NCBI GenBank assembly: GCA_040002515.1
Contig: JBDUEI010000023.1
Location: 8,081 to 72,080, forward strand
Direction: 5' to 3'
Source of the DNA: Rudaea sp.
GTDB lineage: Bacteria > Pseudomonadota > Gammaproteobacteria > Xanthomonadales > Rhodanobacteraceae
DNA: 64,000 nucleotides
Shown here: piece after piece, positions 1 through 9,017 of the stretch
How positions within the stretch are numbered: the first letter of the stretch is position 1
How the letters are laid out: every line of letters begins with the position of its first letter
Position numbers and translations under genes: made by a program
The notes under the pieces: generated by a model
What the model was told of the DNA's origin: nothing
Databases searched by the model: none
What the model saw: only the letters and a program-made list of their open reading frames with translations

Positions 1-839
1 ATGTCTTCGTGGTGGCCGTTCAATGCGAAATCGAGAAGGTAGAATTCCTGTGCATGGTTGGGAATTGTCGACCGTGCTGCGTCGTCTTGCTTGGCGACTT
101 TCTTCTCCTGATACGCCAGATAGGCTTGCGTCACGTCGAATACGTCGCCGCTCGACGCGATCTCGCCGTCTTTGATCCAGCACGCATGACGACAAAGTTT
201 TTGCACGTGGTACATGCTGTGCGAAACCAGAATGAGGGTCCCGCCCGACTCGATGTAATCTTCAAGCCACGCGATGCATTTTTTCTGGAACGACTCGTCG
301 CCGACCGCCAGCACTTCATCGGTGATCAAGAGATCCGGTCTGAGCGCGGCGACCACGGCAAAGCCGAGCCGCACGATCATGCCCGACGAATAGTGTTTGA
401 TCGGTTCGTCGATGTAGCGGCCGATGTCTGCGAAGTCGACGATTTCTTGCGATTTGGCGCGTAACTCGGCGTCGCTGAGTCCATACAGCGCGGCGGACAA
501 CGCGATGTTTTCCCGCCCGGTGTATTCCGGATGGAAGCCCGCGCCCAGTTCGAGCAATGCGCCGATTCGACCGTGCACCGCTACCGTGCCTTCGCTAGGG
601 GTCAGCACGCCCACGATGAGTTTGAGCAGCGTCGATTTGCCGGCGCCATTCTCACCGATCAACCCAAGCGATTCGCCGGCAGCGACATTCAGGTTTACAT
701 TTCGCAGAACCGAGGTCGATTTTGCGTCACCGCGACCCGCGAGGAGGCCAAGCAGCGCCTTGAAGCGGTCGCGTCGATGAAAGACGTTCGGATATTTTTT
801 GCCGAGTCCGCGGACTTCAACTAAGGTGCGTGGCGACAT
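1..839 (-). CDS. wzt: Polysaccharide ABC exporter ATP-binding subunit (Wzt-like), runs off window edge
   Basis: Not in the ORF track; translated by hand from ATG at 839: MSPRTLVEVRGLGKKY...GENGAGKSTLLK (Walker A)...GALLELGAGFHPEYTGRENI...YSSGMIVRLGF (Wzt-type signature)...LLITDEVLAVGDESFQKKC (Walker B). Lies downstream of a Wzm permease. Confidence 0.92.
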   Translation of the reverse strand, partial: MSPRTLVEVRGLGKKYPNVFHRRDRFKALLGLLAGRGDAKSTSVLRNVNLNVAAGESLGLIGENGAGKSTLLKLIVGVLTPSEGTVAVHGRIGALLELGAGFHPEYTGRENIALSAALYGLSDAELRAKSQEIVDFADIGRYIDEPIKHYSSGMIVRLGFAVVAALRPDLLITDEVLAVGDESFQKKCIAWLEDYIESGGTLILVSHSMYHVQKLCRHACWIKDGEIASSGDVFDVTQAYLAYQEKKVAKQDDAARSTIPNHAQEFYLLDFALNGHHED

Positions 840-841
840 GA

Positions 842-1096
842 TCAGGAGGTCGCGACCGGCGCGACGCCGACGCACTCGGAATGGATTTCGTCGAGGGGAC
901 GAGAGCAGTCGTACTCCGATGGGTCGGCGGTGGACGTGTCGGTTCGGAGTCGTGCTTTAGTGGCAAAACGGATCATGCTTCTTCGCCAGTTTCCGCCGTC
1001 GCGCACAGAACCAAGATGTGAGGCCGTATCGACGTGGACAAACATATTTTCTTGAGCTTCACCGCAACACACGGTGGCAGCATGGATGGAATCCAT
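842..1096 (-). CDS. Small hypothetical protein (84 aa) between wzm and wzt
   Basis: ATG overlaps the wzm stop (TGATG) and its stop is 2 nt before the wzt ATG, so it fills the gap exactly. No recognisable domain. Confidence 0.5.
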   Translation of the reverse strand: MDSIHAATVCCGEAQENMFVHVDTASHLGSVRDGGNWRRSMIRFATKARLRTDTSTADPSEYDCSRPLDEIHSECVGVAPVATS

Positions 1097-1866
1097 CAGA
1101 GAAAATCTTCGAAGTGCGGTTTGAGGCGCCTGAACATGGTCATCCCGAGCGCGAAGACAATCAGCGCGACGACCAAAGCCGACAATGAGCCGAGAAGAGA
1201 AACTTCGCCGGAACCCAACAGCAGCGCGCGAAACGTCTCAGTATAGTGGGTGACCGGATTGACGTCCAACCAGAACCGATAGCGTTCGGGGATGGACTGG
1301 CGGCCGTAGAACACGGGTGACGCGAACATCCACAGCATGAGCAATTGCGGGAGCGCTGAGGACAAGTCGCGGACGAATACCTGTAGGGATGACGCGATCA
1401 GTGCGATGCCGAATGCCAGCAAAAAGAATTGTGCGAATTCGGCAATCGCCAACGGAAGGAACAGCAGATGGATCGGCTCACCGAACAATTTCAGGACGAC
1501 GCAGATGGCGACGAAACCAAACGTTTGCACGATGAAGGTGGACGCCACTGCCGCGATGACGAGTACTTCGCTCGGCATCGCCACCTTGCCAATCAGGGCC
1601 GCATTGTCCTGAATCGCGGTGCAAGCGCGCACCAATGATTCCGCGAACATATTCCAAGGCCAAAGGCCCATGAACAGAAACGGCACGTAGCCGGCTGCAC
1701 TGTCTTGCGGTATCGGCGCTTTGAGCACGCGAATGAAGAAGAAGCTGTAGACCGCAAGTTGTATGAGCGGCTGCAGCAATGCCCACAAACCGCCACTGAA
1801 GCTGCCCAGATAGCGGTTGCGGATGTCGCGACGAATGAAATGAAGCGCCAAGCGGAGCGCGGACAT
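1096..1866 (-). CDS. wzm: Polysaccharide ABC exporter permease (Wzm-like, ABC-2 type)
   Basis: RDIRNRYLGSFSGGLWALLQPL N-terminus, several hydrophobic segments, RD...SPVFY and NP motifs typical of Wzm/TagG. Confidence 0.92.
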   Translation of the reverse strand: MSALRLALHFIRRDIRNRYLGSFSGGLWALLQPLIQLAVYSFFFIRVLKAPIPQDSAAGYVPFLFMGLWPWNMFAESLVRACTAIQDNAALIGKVAMPSEVLVIAAVASTFIVQTFGFVAICVVLKLFGEPIHLLFLPLAIAEFAQFFLLAFGIALIASSLQVFVRDLSSALPQLLMLWMFASPVFYGRQSIPERYRFWLDVNPVTHYTETFRALLLGSGEVSLLGSLSALVVALIVFALGMTMFRRLKPHFEDFL

Positions 1867-1961
1867 CGAGAAACTTCAGAACGGAGGGTGTTTCATTATC
1901 GCAGAGGGTGTCGACAAAATCCGCGACGCTCGAAGCGCCGCGGATCGCGTGGCCATCGACG

Positions 1962-2978
1962 TCAGTGTGCCGGGGTTTGCTGAGACTCTGCCGTCTTCTC
2001 TGCGGCGGCCTTCTGGCGAGACTCCTCGAGGTCTTCCGGCGTCTGGAATCCGGCGGGAGCGTAGCGAGTGCGCAGCGATCCGACGAGATCAGGATTGGCC
2101 TGCAGGGGCTTGCCGCGGATTTCACCCGTGTATTGATCCATCTGCGCCGCAATATACGAGGTCTTCATTTTGTTGACCAATTCCCGACGCGCTTCTTCAA
2201 AAGGATGTTGCCGATCGGGCTTGCGGTCGACCAGTTTCAGAACGTGATAGCCAAACTCCGTCTTCACGACTGGCGAAATTTCATCGGGAGCCTTAAGCGC
2301 TTTCGCAGCGGCTGCGAAGGGTGGCGCGACCTTTCCGGAAGCGGCATTGGCGATGAGACCTTGATTCTTGGCTTTGCTCGGATCGTCCGAATATTTTTCG
2401 ATCAAGTCGTCGAACTTCTCGGGATGCGCGCGGGCCTCTTTCGCAACTTCATTAATTCGCGACTGCGCCGCCTCATCGGTCCTACCTTTGTTAGACACGA
2501 GGACATGTTCTACGTCGATTTTGCCCACCTCGACAAACTCGTCTTTATGGCTGTCGTAGTACTCTTTCGACAGCGCCGCGAAATCGGGAAGCTTTAGGTT
2601 TTTCTGATAGCGCGCGAGCAGTACGCGACCGAGAACGTCTTCGCTAGCCTGAGCGATTTCACGTTGAACGAGCGGGTCTTTGTCCAGTTTTTCGCTTTTT
2701 GCGATGGCGGCGAGTTGTTTGGCGAACAGCAAGCCAGTGACCACGCTTTCGATGCGCTTGGGGCTATCAAAAAAAGCCGGTCGATCCTTTTCGGGGATTT
2801 TGTCGGCAGCTGCGTCGACATCCTGTAACGTAACCTCGACGCCGTTCTGCCGAGCTACGATGCCCTTCGGTAACGGCGCTTCGCCCGCCTTAGCACCGGC
2901 CGTCCAAGAAAGGGACGAAAGTGCAAGGAGGATGTGCAACGGTATCAGCCGCGAAACTTTAAGTTTCGTAGTACTCAT
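1962..2978 (-). CDS. Exported PpiC/parvulin-type peptidyl-prolyl isomerase
   Basis: Signal peptide (..AGAKA); rotamase motifs HVLV, FDDLIEKYSDDPS and SPVVKTEFGYHVLKL. Confidence 0.85.
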   Translation of the reverse strand: MSTTKLKVSRLIPLHILLALSSLSWTAGAKAGEAPLPKGIVARQNGVEVTLQDVDAAADKIPEKDRPAFFDSPKRIESVVTGLLFAKQLAAIAKSEKLDKDPLVQREIAQASEDVLGRVLLARYQKNLKLPDFAALSKEYYDSHKDEFVEVGKIDVEHVLVSNKGRTDEAAQSRINEVAKEARAHPEKFDDLIEKYSDDPSKAKNQGLIANAASGKVAPPFAAAAKALKAPDEISPVVKTEFGYHVLKLVDRKPDRQHPFEEARRELVNKMKTSYIAAQMDQYTGEIRGKPLQANPDLVGSLRTRYAPAGFQTPEDLEESRQKAAAEKTAESQQTPAH

Positions 2979-3052
2979 GAATTTCCTTGATAGTGCAGCG
3001 ACTAAACTGCTGAGACCAAATGCTACGAGCGCGCAAAATACAAGCGGCGCTG

Positions 3053-3083
3053 AAAAAAGTCACGCCGCTCTGAGGCGGCGTGA
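3053..3083 (-). terminator. Rho-independent terminator after the 388-aa secreted protein gene
   Basis: 9-bp stem tcacgccgc/gcggcgtga (3060-3068 / 3075-3083), followed on the minus strand by a T6 run (A6 at 3053-3058). Confidence 0.7.
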
Positions 3084-3099
3084 GCTTAGTATGTATCGC

Positions 3100-4266
3100 T
3101 TAATGTCCTTGGAAACCTTCGGGGCCGTCTTCGATACCCACGCGGCAGGTTGCCTGCGAACATGTAGAACCGGGTGCGTTCAGAGTACTTGATGCCGTAC
3201 CACCGGTTGGCGTCACACCTGTAGCATTTGCATTGATAATATTCCAATAGTAGGTAACGCCCGGGGACAGATTACATTCGCCAAATTTAGGAACGATAAA
3301 CCAAGCTATACCACCTCCGGCGTGCAAACCCGTCTTCCAGCAATTCTGAACAACCGTGCTGCTCGCGTATGCGGCGGGGTTGCTGAAATCGCCACACGAC
3401 GTGCTAATGCTAAAACTCTCTGCCGCGCCAAATTCCGATAGTCCCTGCGAGAACTTGTAGTAATCCCCAGGCTGAAACACCGCAGCATACTCCGGAGTAA
3501 TTTTAAATTGCATCGACATATAGGTGTTGGTTGGTAGGTTACCACTCAGCTGCTGACCACTGACGGAACCCGGAAACGGGCCAGGAAACATAGAACTGAA
3601 ATCCGTGACATCCGCCGACCTCGAACCTCCATTCTGGCCGCTTATGTCAAAAGGATGGTTTCCAGTCCACTGGCTAAAACTTTGAATCGGAGTTCCGGGC
3701 GCCCCGGCAATGATTCGCTGACAGCCGGGGGGTGGGGAACTCGTGCCAGATACTTTCACCGTGGCTGAACTTTGCGCCTGCCCGGATGGACCGGTACAAG
3801 TCACAGTGACCGTATCCGTAATGTCTGTCGTGCCGCCATTGATAAACGACGCCGTTTTGGAAACAGGGGTGCTGCAGCTAGCTCCGCCTGTACCACAAAA
3901 AAGATTGCCCCCAGTAAAAGTTCCCGCCGCGGTGCCCGTGATAGCGCCTGTACATTGGGTCGCGTTAAGTGCCTGGAACGAGAGCGTGGTGAGTCCGCTG
4001 GTTCCCGGAACGGTCGACGGGGTAGCCGTCAAAGGCGTGGCCGGTCCGAACGTCACGTTGCCGGCACTACCGGATCCACACCCGGCGCCGCTTGAACTGG
4101 TGGCCGTGGCCTGGAGATGGCCGGCGACAGTTCCGCTCGTCACGGGACCTGTGACATATGAGCAAACTACATTCCCGGGCGGGACTGTAATATCTAGTGT
4201 TGTTTGTGCACCGATTGGTAGTGAGAACATCGCTGCAAAAAGGGGAATGAGGCGAATCATACGCAA
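3100..4266 (-). CDS. Secreted Cys/Thr/Gly/Ser-rich hypothetical protein
   Basis: 388-aa ORF; signal peptide MIRLIPLFAAMFSLPIGA (ATG at 4260 is an alternative start); 12 Cys; visibly lower GC than core genes. Confidence 0.8.
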   Translation of the reverse strand: MRMIRLIPLFAAMFSLPIGAQTTLDITVPPGNVVCSYVTGPVTSGTVAGHLQATATSSSGAGCGSGSAGNVTFGPATPLTATPSTVPGTSGLTTLSFQALNATQCTGAITGTAAGTFTGGNLFCGTGGASCSTPVSKTASFINGGTTDITDTVTVTCTGPSGQAQSSATVKVSGTSSPPPGCQRIIAGAPGTPIQSFSQWTGNHPFDISGQNGGSRSADVTDFSSMFPGPFPGSVSGQQLSGNLPTNTYMSMQFKITPEYAAVFQPGDYYKFSQGLSEFGAAESFSISTSCGDFSNPAAYASSTVVQNCWKTGLHAGGGIAWFIVPKFGECNLSPGVTYYWNIINANATGVTPTGGTASSTLNAPGSTCSQATCRVGIEDGPEGFQGH

Positions 4267-4325
4267 AATCTCAAGGTCAGGTTAACGCGCAACTATAAGA
4301 CACTTTTAGTAAGTGGCGTGCAAGT

Positions 4326-4354
4326 TTTGTATTAAAGAATCAATATCTTGTCAA
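4326..4354 (-). promoter_or_regulatory. Putative sigma70 promoter for the 388-aa protein gene
   Basis: Minus strand TTGACA-N17-TACAAA in an AT-rich intergenic region downstream of the terminator at 4376-4408. Confidence 0.45.
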
Positions 4355-4375
4355 GCTGGCAAATTTTTTGATATC

Positions 4376-4408
4376 AAAAAAAAAGAGGGACCCTTTCGGG
4401 TCCCTCTT
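4376..4408 (-). terminator. Strong rho-independent terminator after the S-layer-like gene
   Basis: Stem aagagggaccc/gggtccctctt with a GAAA loop on the minus strand, followed by a run of T. Confidence 0.9.
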
Positions 4409-4433
4409 CGATAGAACAAACACACCAGCTCTG

Positions 4434-5924
4434 TTAGGAGCAGGCGCCGCCCGAATTGGTGCAAAGGCGATCGATGCGATGACGGTTTACACCGCTGTAG
4501 TTGCCAAAGGTTGCGGTGCCAGAGCCTACGACGAAGTTGACCGCCGCAAATCCCGAAACCGGCAAACCGTGGAAAACGTTCAAGTTAGTAGCCGCACGTA
4601 GGGTGTGACCAGTGGCCGGCGGATCCATGTTCAGACCAGCCCAACCGCTCGTGCCGATCGGCTTGATGTTAGCTGTCAACGTCGAACTCAGGATGCTGTT
4701 CGTGCCAGTGCTGTTGAACGTGATGACGTTCGTTTCATGACACAGCGAGGAAGGCGGCTGTCCCGGAGGGCACGGAGAGAATCCGCAGCCTGACGGGGTC
4801 GACGTATTTTCTTCGCGATCATAGATCGTGATGCCGATAACCGTGCAAGACAGACCCAAAGCATTACCCGTTTCCTCGGCACCAAAAGCATGCTCGAACG
4901 GTTGAATGGGAGCCGAGCTGTTGATTGTCGCATCTACATAGAAGCGTTTGGTCGGGAAGTTCAGAACCCAATCCGTACCGTTGCCGCTAGCAGAAGCCAC
5001 GTACTCGTTATAGACATTTTCTGACATGAAGATCGAGCTAACCGCGTCAATCGCGTTCGACGAGGTATACGTCGATGTCAGAACATTGCCGGCTTCATCA
5101 AAGACATAAGAAGTGGCATCTGTCGACGCCGGATCGTTCGCCTGCGCCAGGTTCGGCGTCAAGTTGTTGGTCGGCGAGATGATTGCCGTTGCGGTGAAGC
5201 CGTTGATGGCATCGGCGTTGTACGTGTAGTACGTGCCGTTGGCTGTATCGACAACTTCAGCCGAACCGAACAGGCCTGACGTCGGAGCAACGACTGCGTC
5301 GTTAGCTTCAAAATCGGCTTCGGCAGGCGTCGGGTTATTCCCAGCGGTACCACAGCCTGGCGGAACACCATGATCATGCGTGGTATCGTCGTCCAAAGCG
5401 CTACCTGCAACGATATTTCCCATCGAGATCATCTCGAAGTGACCTTCGCGCGTACGCGAAATGTCGGTCGGGCCGGTATCGGAATTGGTTCCCGAGAATG
5501 TGTAGTCGCGGAATGCAACATAGCCCACGCCGTTCGCGAAGGTACCTTCGCTCAAGACCGGAGCTGTGCAGCTGTTGTCGCGAGTAAAGATGGCGGCGCC
5601 GTCGCCCGCGCTGGCTCCAATGAAGTCGGAGAGAGCGAAGATGTCAGCGGTCCAAACGTCGAACGGCGACAGGAACAAGTTAAAGTCGAGCACTTCGCGG
5701 CTGTTATAGCCTTCGAGGAAGCGGACTTTTACCGCTTTGCCGACGGCGGTGGTGTTGACCACTGAGAGAAGGGTCGACTGGCCACCATTGACGGTGTAAT
5801 ACGGGTAAAGAAGAACCTGACCGAGACCATCGGGGTTCAGGTTGACGGCACTCGCCATATTGGCGATGCCCGCAACGCCGGCGATGCCAGCGATGACGGC
5901 GGTCGTCAAGCTATTTCTGTTCAT
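4434..5924 (-). CDS. Probable S-layer / major cell-surface protein (496 aa)
   Basis: Sec signal (..NMASA); Ala/Thr/Asn/Gly/Ser-rich and acidic; block GQVLLYPYYT...NT...KAVKVRF...[19 protein letters not shown] shared with the paralog at 42447-43922; AGGAG RBS, own promoter and terminator. S-layer function is inferred from recalled family resemblance and context. Confidence 0.7.
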   Translation of the reverse strand: MNRNSLTTAVIAGIAGVAGIANMASAVNLNPDGLGQVLLYPYYTVNGGQSTLLSVVNTTAVGKAVKVRFLEGYNSREVLDFNLFLSPFDVWTADIFALSDFIGASAGDGAAIFTRDNSCTAPVLSEGTFANGVGYVAFRDYTFSGTNSDTGPTDISRTREGHFEMISMGNIVAGSALDDDTTHDHGVPPGCGTAGNNPTPAEADFEANDAVVAPTSGLFGSAEVVDTANGTYYTYNADAINGFTATAIISPTNNLTPNLAQANDPASTDATSYVFDEAGNVLTSTYTSSNAIDAVSSIFMSENVYNEYVASASGNGTDWVLNFPTKRFYVDATINSSAPIQPFEHAFGAEETGNALGLSCTVIGITIYDREENTSTPSGCGFSPCPPGQPPSSLCHETNVITFNSTGTNSILSSTLTANIKPIGTSGWAGLNMDPPATGHTLRAATNLNVFHGLPVSGFAAVNFVVGSGTATFGNYSGVNRHRIDRLCTNSGGACS

Positions 5925-6029
5925 TTACAACACTCCTAATTTGACCACAGGGCTTTTTTGCTTTTTCGCCAAACTGCCAGGGCGTGATAATACAGCCCCT
6001 ACGCCACTGTAACAGGATGGGCAACAGCG

Positions 6030-6058
6030 AATCTATCCTAAGCCAAAGGTAAAGGCAA
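6030..6058 (-). promoter_or_regulatory. Putative sigma70 promoter for the S-layer-like gene
   Basis: Minus strand TTGCCT-N17-TAGATT, implying a 5' UTR of about 100 nt before the ATG at 5924. Confidence 0.5.
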
Positions 6059-6088
6059 TGCAATCCCAACAAAATACCAATAAGAAAC

Positions 6089-6550
6089 TCATTCTTGGGC
6101 GGCGCCACCCAGCTTTGGCGAACGCGTGACATCCGGGAGGTAATACCAGTTTCCGTCGACCTTAATCCAGGTCTCCACGAGCGGAGACGTGGATTTCACG
6201 GTTCCCGTCGCACCGGCCACGTTTATTTCGAAATCCACCAAAACGCGTACCTTGCATGTTTCGGGTTCGCATTCCTTCGAGCTGAAGCTGACTGCAGTCC
6301 ACTTCACGCCTCTGGAATTCATTTCTTTGGCGTAGACGTCGCGCGGTTTTGTAGCGCGAAATCCTGGTGAAAGGTAGTCATAAGCCTTTTCAGCCTGGTG
6401 CGCGATTAGAAAATTCCACCGCTCAACCGAGCGCTGCTTGATGACATCGCTGTTTTCGTCTTTCGCAACGGGCGCGGTGGCACAGCCAGCAAGGAGCGTG
6501 GCGGCACACATTGCTAAAAAGCGAAAGAAATATACTTTTTCAGTGCTCAT
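6089..6550 (-). CDS. Hypothetical lipoprotein downstream of gspD
   Basis: Lipobox LLAGC; start overlaps the end of gspD by 11 nt; 153 aa. Confidence 0.8.
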   Translation of the reverse strand: MSTEKVYFFRFLAMCAATLLAGCATAPVAKDENSDVIKQRSVERWNFLIAHQAEKAYDYLSPGFRATKPRDVYAKEMNSRGVKWTAVSFSSKECEPETCKVRVLVDFEINVAGATGTVKSTSPLVETWIKVDGNWYYLPDVTRSPKLGGAAQE

Positions 6551-9002
6551 TCGGTCGATCCTTCAGATTTTGCGGTAATTGAGGTTCCGGCAGCGGCGTG
6601 GGCGGCGGCGTTGGCGCGCGGTCCGGCACGGCAATCGGCTGGGCGACTGCGGCAGGTGGTGCAGCGGTGCGAATGGGCGCGAGTGACTCGAATTTCTTTT
6701 CGTATTCTTCCGTCATATCGCGGGCATCTTCGGAATTGACGACGACGCGCGGTGTGATGAGGATGATCAATTCCGTGCGATTGTGAGTTTTGGACGTGTT
6801 ACCGAACAGGTTTCCAAGTATCGGAATGTTGCTCAAGATCGGAACGCCGGTTTTCGAATCTGTCGTTTGATCCTGGATGATGCCGCCGAGCAAGACTGTT
6901 TGACCGCTCTGAACCGCCACTTGCGTCTGCAGATTGCGTTGGCTAATCGGTGGATTCTGACCTGCTGGTGCACTACCCGGAACGCTATCTTCCTGGTTGA
7001 CATCCATATAGACAAGGCCACCTGGATTCACACGCGGCGTGATCGCAAGCGTTACGCCGGTGCTGATGTACGAAGCTTGTCCGATACCCGTGTTGGTGAT
7101 CGAATTGCTGTCGCCGGTAAGCGAGCTTCCGATTCCCAAAATTGATTGCGAAATGATCGGTACCTGTGTTCCGACCGTGATCTGGGCTGATTGATTGTTC
7201 ATGACAACAAGCGATGGAGCCGACAGCACTTTGGTCTGGCCACTTGTCTGCAAGGTATCGATCGCGACTTGAAAATCCTTATTCAAGAATGAATAAAAAA
7301 ATCCATTCCCGCCTTTGGGCGAAATTCCACCACCGCCGAGCGACGAAAGATGACGGTCGTTAGGATTGCCTTGAAAGTTCCTGTCTGAACCTGGCACTCG
7401 TCCGAATTGGCTACCGACGCTGGACGTATTGACCCCGTTGTTCGAATTTATCAAGCCAGATAACCACCATTGCACGCCGAACGAAAGATCCCCAGACAGG
7501 GTTACTTCCAGAATCTTCGCCTCAATCTGCACCTGCAGCGGTGATATATCCAAACGATGGATCGCCGCGAGAATGGAATCCCACTCTCCCGGTGTCGCCA
7601 TCACGAGGAGCTGATTGTTTTCTTCGATCGCGGTGATGCGGATGTCGGTCGGTTTCTGGCCGTTGGCCGCATTGGCCGCACCGCCAGTTCCGGTCGTGGA
7701 AAGATTGGAGCCGGTGCCGGTTATCGTTCCCGTGCCCGAACGGTTCTGGTAGTTTTGCTGACCGTTTATTCCGCCGCTGCGATTGTTGTTGAGCGAACCG
7801 CTCGCAAGCGAACCGCCGAGACCGCCACCGAGACCGTTGCCGCTGTTCGAACCGCCGATGGTCGTCGATTTCAAACCGGGCGCGACGTTGCCGGACGTCG
7901 ATCGCTGTTGCACCTGACCGGTATAAATTGCGTTGAGATGGTCGGATAGGTCGACCGCTTTCACGTTCTTGACGTCGTACACATACAACTGCGTGCCGTT
8001 TTCTCCGGAGCCCAAGTCGAGGCGATACAGCCATTGCTCGGCTTGCTTGAGATATTCGGGCTGCGATGTGATCACCACGATCGAGTTCGTCGAATCCATC
8101 GGAATGAAACGGAACATGCCCGCCAGCGGGGATTGACCAGCCTCGCCGAAAATCTTGTCGAGCTCCGGCTGAACTTTGGTGACGTCGGTATTGCGCAAAC
8201 TGTATACGCCGACCGACATGCCTTTCAGCCAATCGACGTCGAACACTTCGATGCTGCGCTGATAGTTGGCCAGTTCCGCAGCGGTGCCGGCCATGATCAG
8301 CATGTTGCGCGCGACGTCGGCGGAGACGATGGCGTCGGCTTTGGCGAACGGTTTGAGGAGTTTCTGCATCTCCGTGGCGGAAATGTACTTGAGCGGAAAT
8401 ACGCGCACTTCGTAGCCGCGCGCGATGTTCGGTGGCGCGATGCGCGGCGTGAGATTCCCGGGAATCGCGTCTTTTACCGGAAGGACTTCGTAGCGCCCTT
8501 CCTTGCGCACGAGCGCGTTGTTGGTCCACGCCAATAGCATTTCGAGGATCGGCATGGCCTGTTCGGGCGTGATCGGGCGCGATGTCGAAAACGTCACGTT
8601 GCCGGTCACGTTCGGCGCGATCGTGTAATTCTCTTTCAGCAACGCGCCGAGAATCGCCTGCACGACGGCCTGGATCGGCTGGTTCTCGAAATTGAAGGTG
8701 ATTTGTCCTTCGCCGGTCGCCGCGGCGGCGCTCGGCGGCGGCAATCGCGCGGCTTTGTCGTTCACGAACTGGCCGTTGCCGGTTTCGATCTTCGCGTCGG
8801 CGGCGCGCGCGGCATCGGTGGTTTTGATCTTGATCGGTTTTTCGTCGTCGACGGCGTTGATGCGCGGAATCGGTGCGGCGGGCACGGAGGCGTCGAGACG
8901 CGTCGCGTCGTCCTTGCGGAACGGCATATCCGAGCAACCGGCGAGCAGCGCTACGAGTAGCGTCAGTAGGACAATGTAAGGACGTAAGGACACGTGTTGC
9001 AC
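6540..9002 (-). CDS. gspD: Type II secretion secretin GspD (XpsD-like lipoprotein secretin)
   Basis: Lipobox LLAGC; ITFNFENQPIQAVV N0 domain; QVQIEAKILEV; TVLLGGII..GVPILSNIPILGNLF..RTELIILITPRVV secretin motif; Gly/Ser/Asn-rich loop. Confidence 0.96.
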   Translation of the reverse strand: MQHVSLRPYIVLLTLLVALLAGCSDMPFRKDDATRLDASVPAAPIPRINAVDDEKPIKIKTTDAARAADAKIETGNGQFVNDKAARLPPPSAAAATGEGQITFNFENQPIQAVVQAILGALLKENYTIAPNVTGNVTFSTSRPITPEQAMPILEMLLAWTNNALVRKEGRYEVLPVKDAIPGNLTPRIAPPNIARGYEVRVFPLKYISATEMQKLLKPFAKADAIVSADVARNMLIMAGTAAELANYQRSIEVFDVDWLKGMSVGVYSLRNTDVTKVQPELDKIFGEAGQSPLAGMFRFIPMDSTNSIVVITSQPEYLKQAEQWLYRLDLGSGENGTQLYVYDVKNVKAVDLSDHLNAIYTGQVQQRSTSGNVAPGLKSTTIGGSNSGNGLGGGLGGSLASGSLNNNRSGGINGQQNYQNRSGTGTITGTGSNLSTTGTGGAANAANGQKPTDIRITAIEENNQLLVMATPGEWDSILAAIHRLDISPLQVQIEAKILEVTLSGDLSFGVQWWLSGLINSNNGVNTSSVGSQFGRVPGSDRNFQGNPNDRHLSSLGGGGISPKGGNGFFYSFLNKDFQVAIDTLQTSGQTKVLSAPSLVVMNNQSAQITVGTQVPIISQSILGIGSSLTGDSNSITNTGIGQASYISTGVTLAITPRVNPGGLVYMDVNQEDSVPGSAPAGQNPPISQRNLQTQVAVQSGQTVLLGGIIQDQTTDSKTGVPILSNIPILGNLFGNTSKTHNRTELIILITPRVVVNSEDARDMTEEYEKKFESLAPIRTAAPPAAVAQPIAVPDRAPTPPPTPLPEPQLPQNLKDRPNEH

Positions 9003-9017
9003 TCCGTAATTGTTCGC

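Noticed and set aside
9-824. Plus-strand ORFs at 9-464, 424-780 and 531-824
   Set aside because: Antisense shadows of the minus-strand wzt gene, which the ORF track missed because it runs off the window.
7660-7870. Gly/Ser/Asn low-complexity repeats within gspD
   Set aside because: Matches the known disordered loop in the N3 domain of XpsD/OutD-type secretins; not a separate element.
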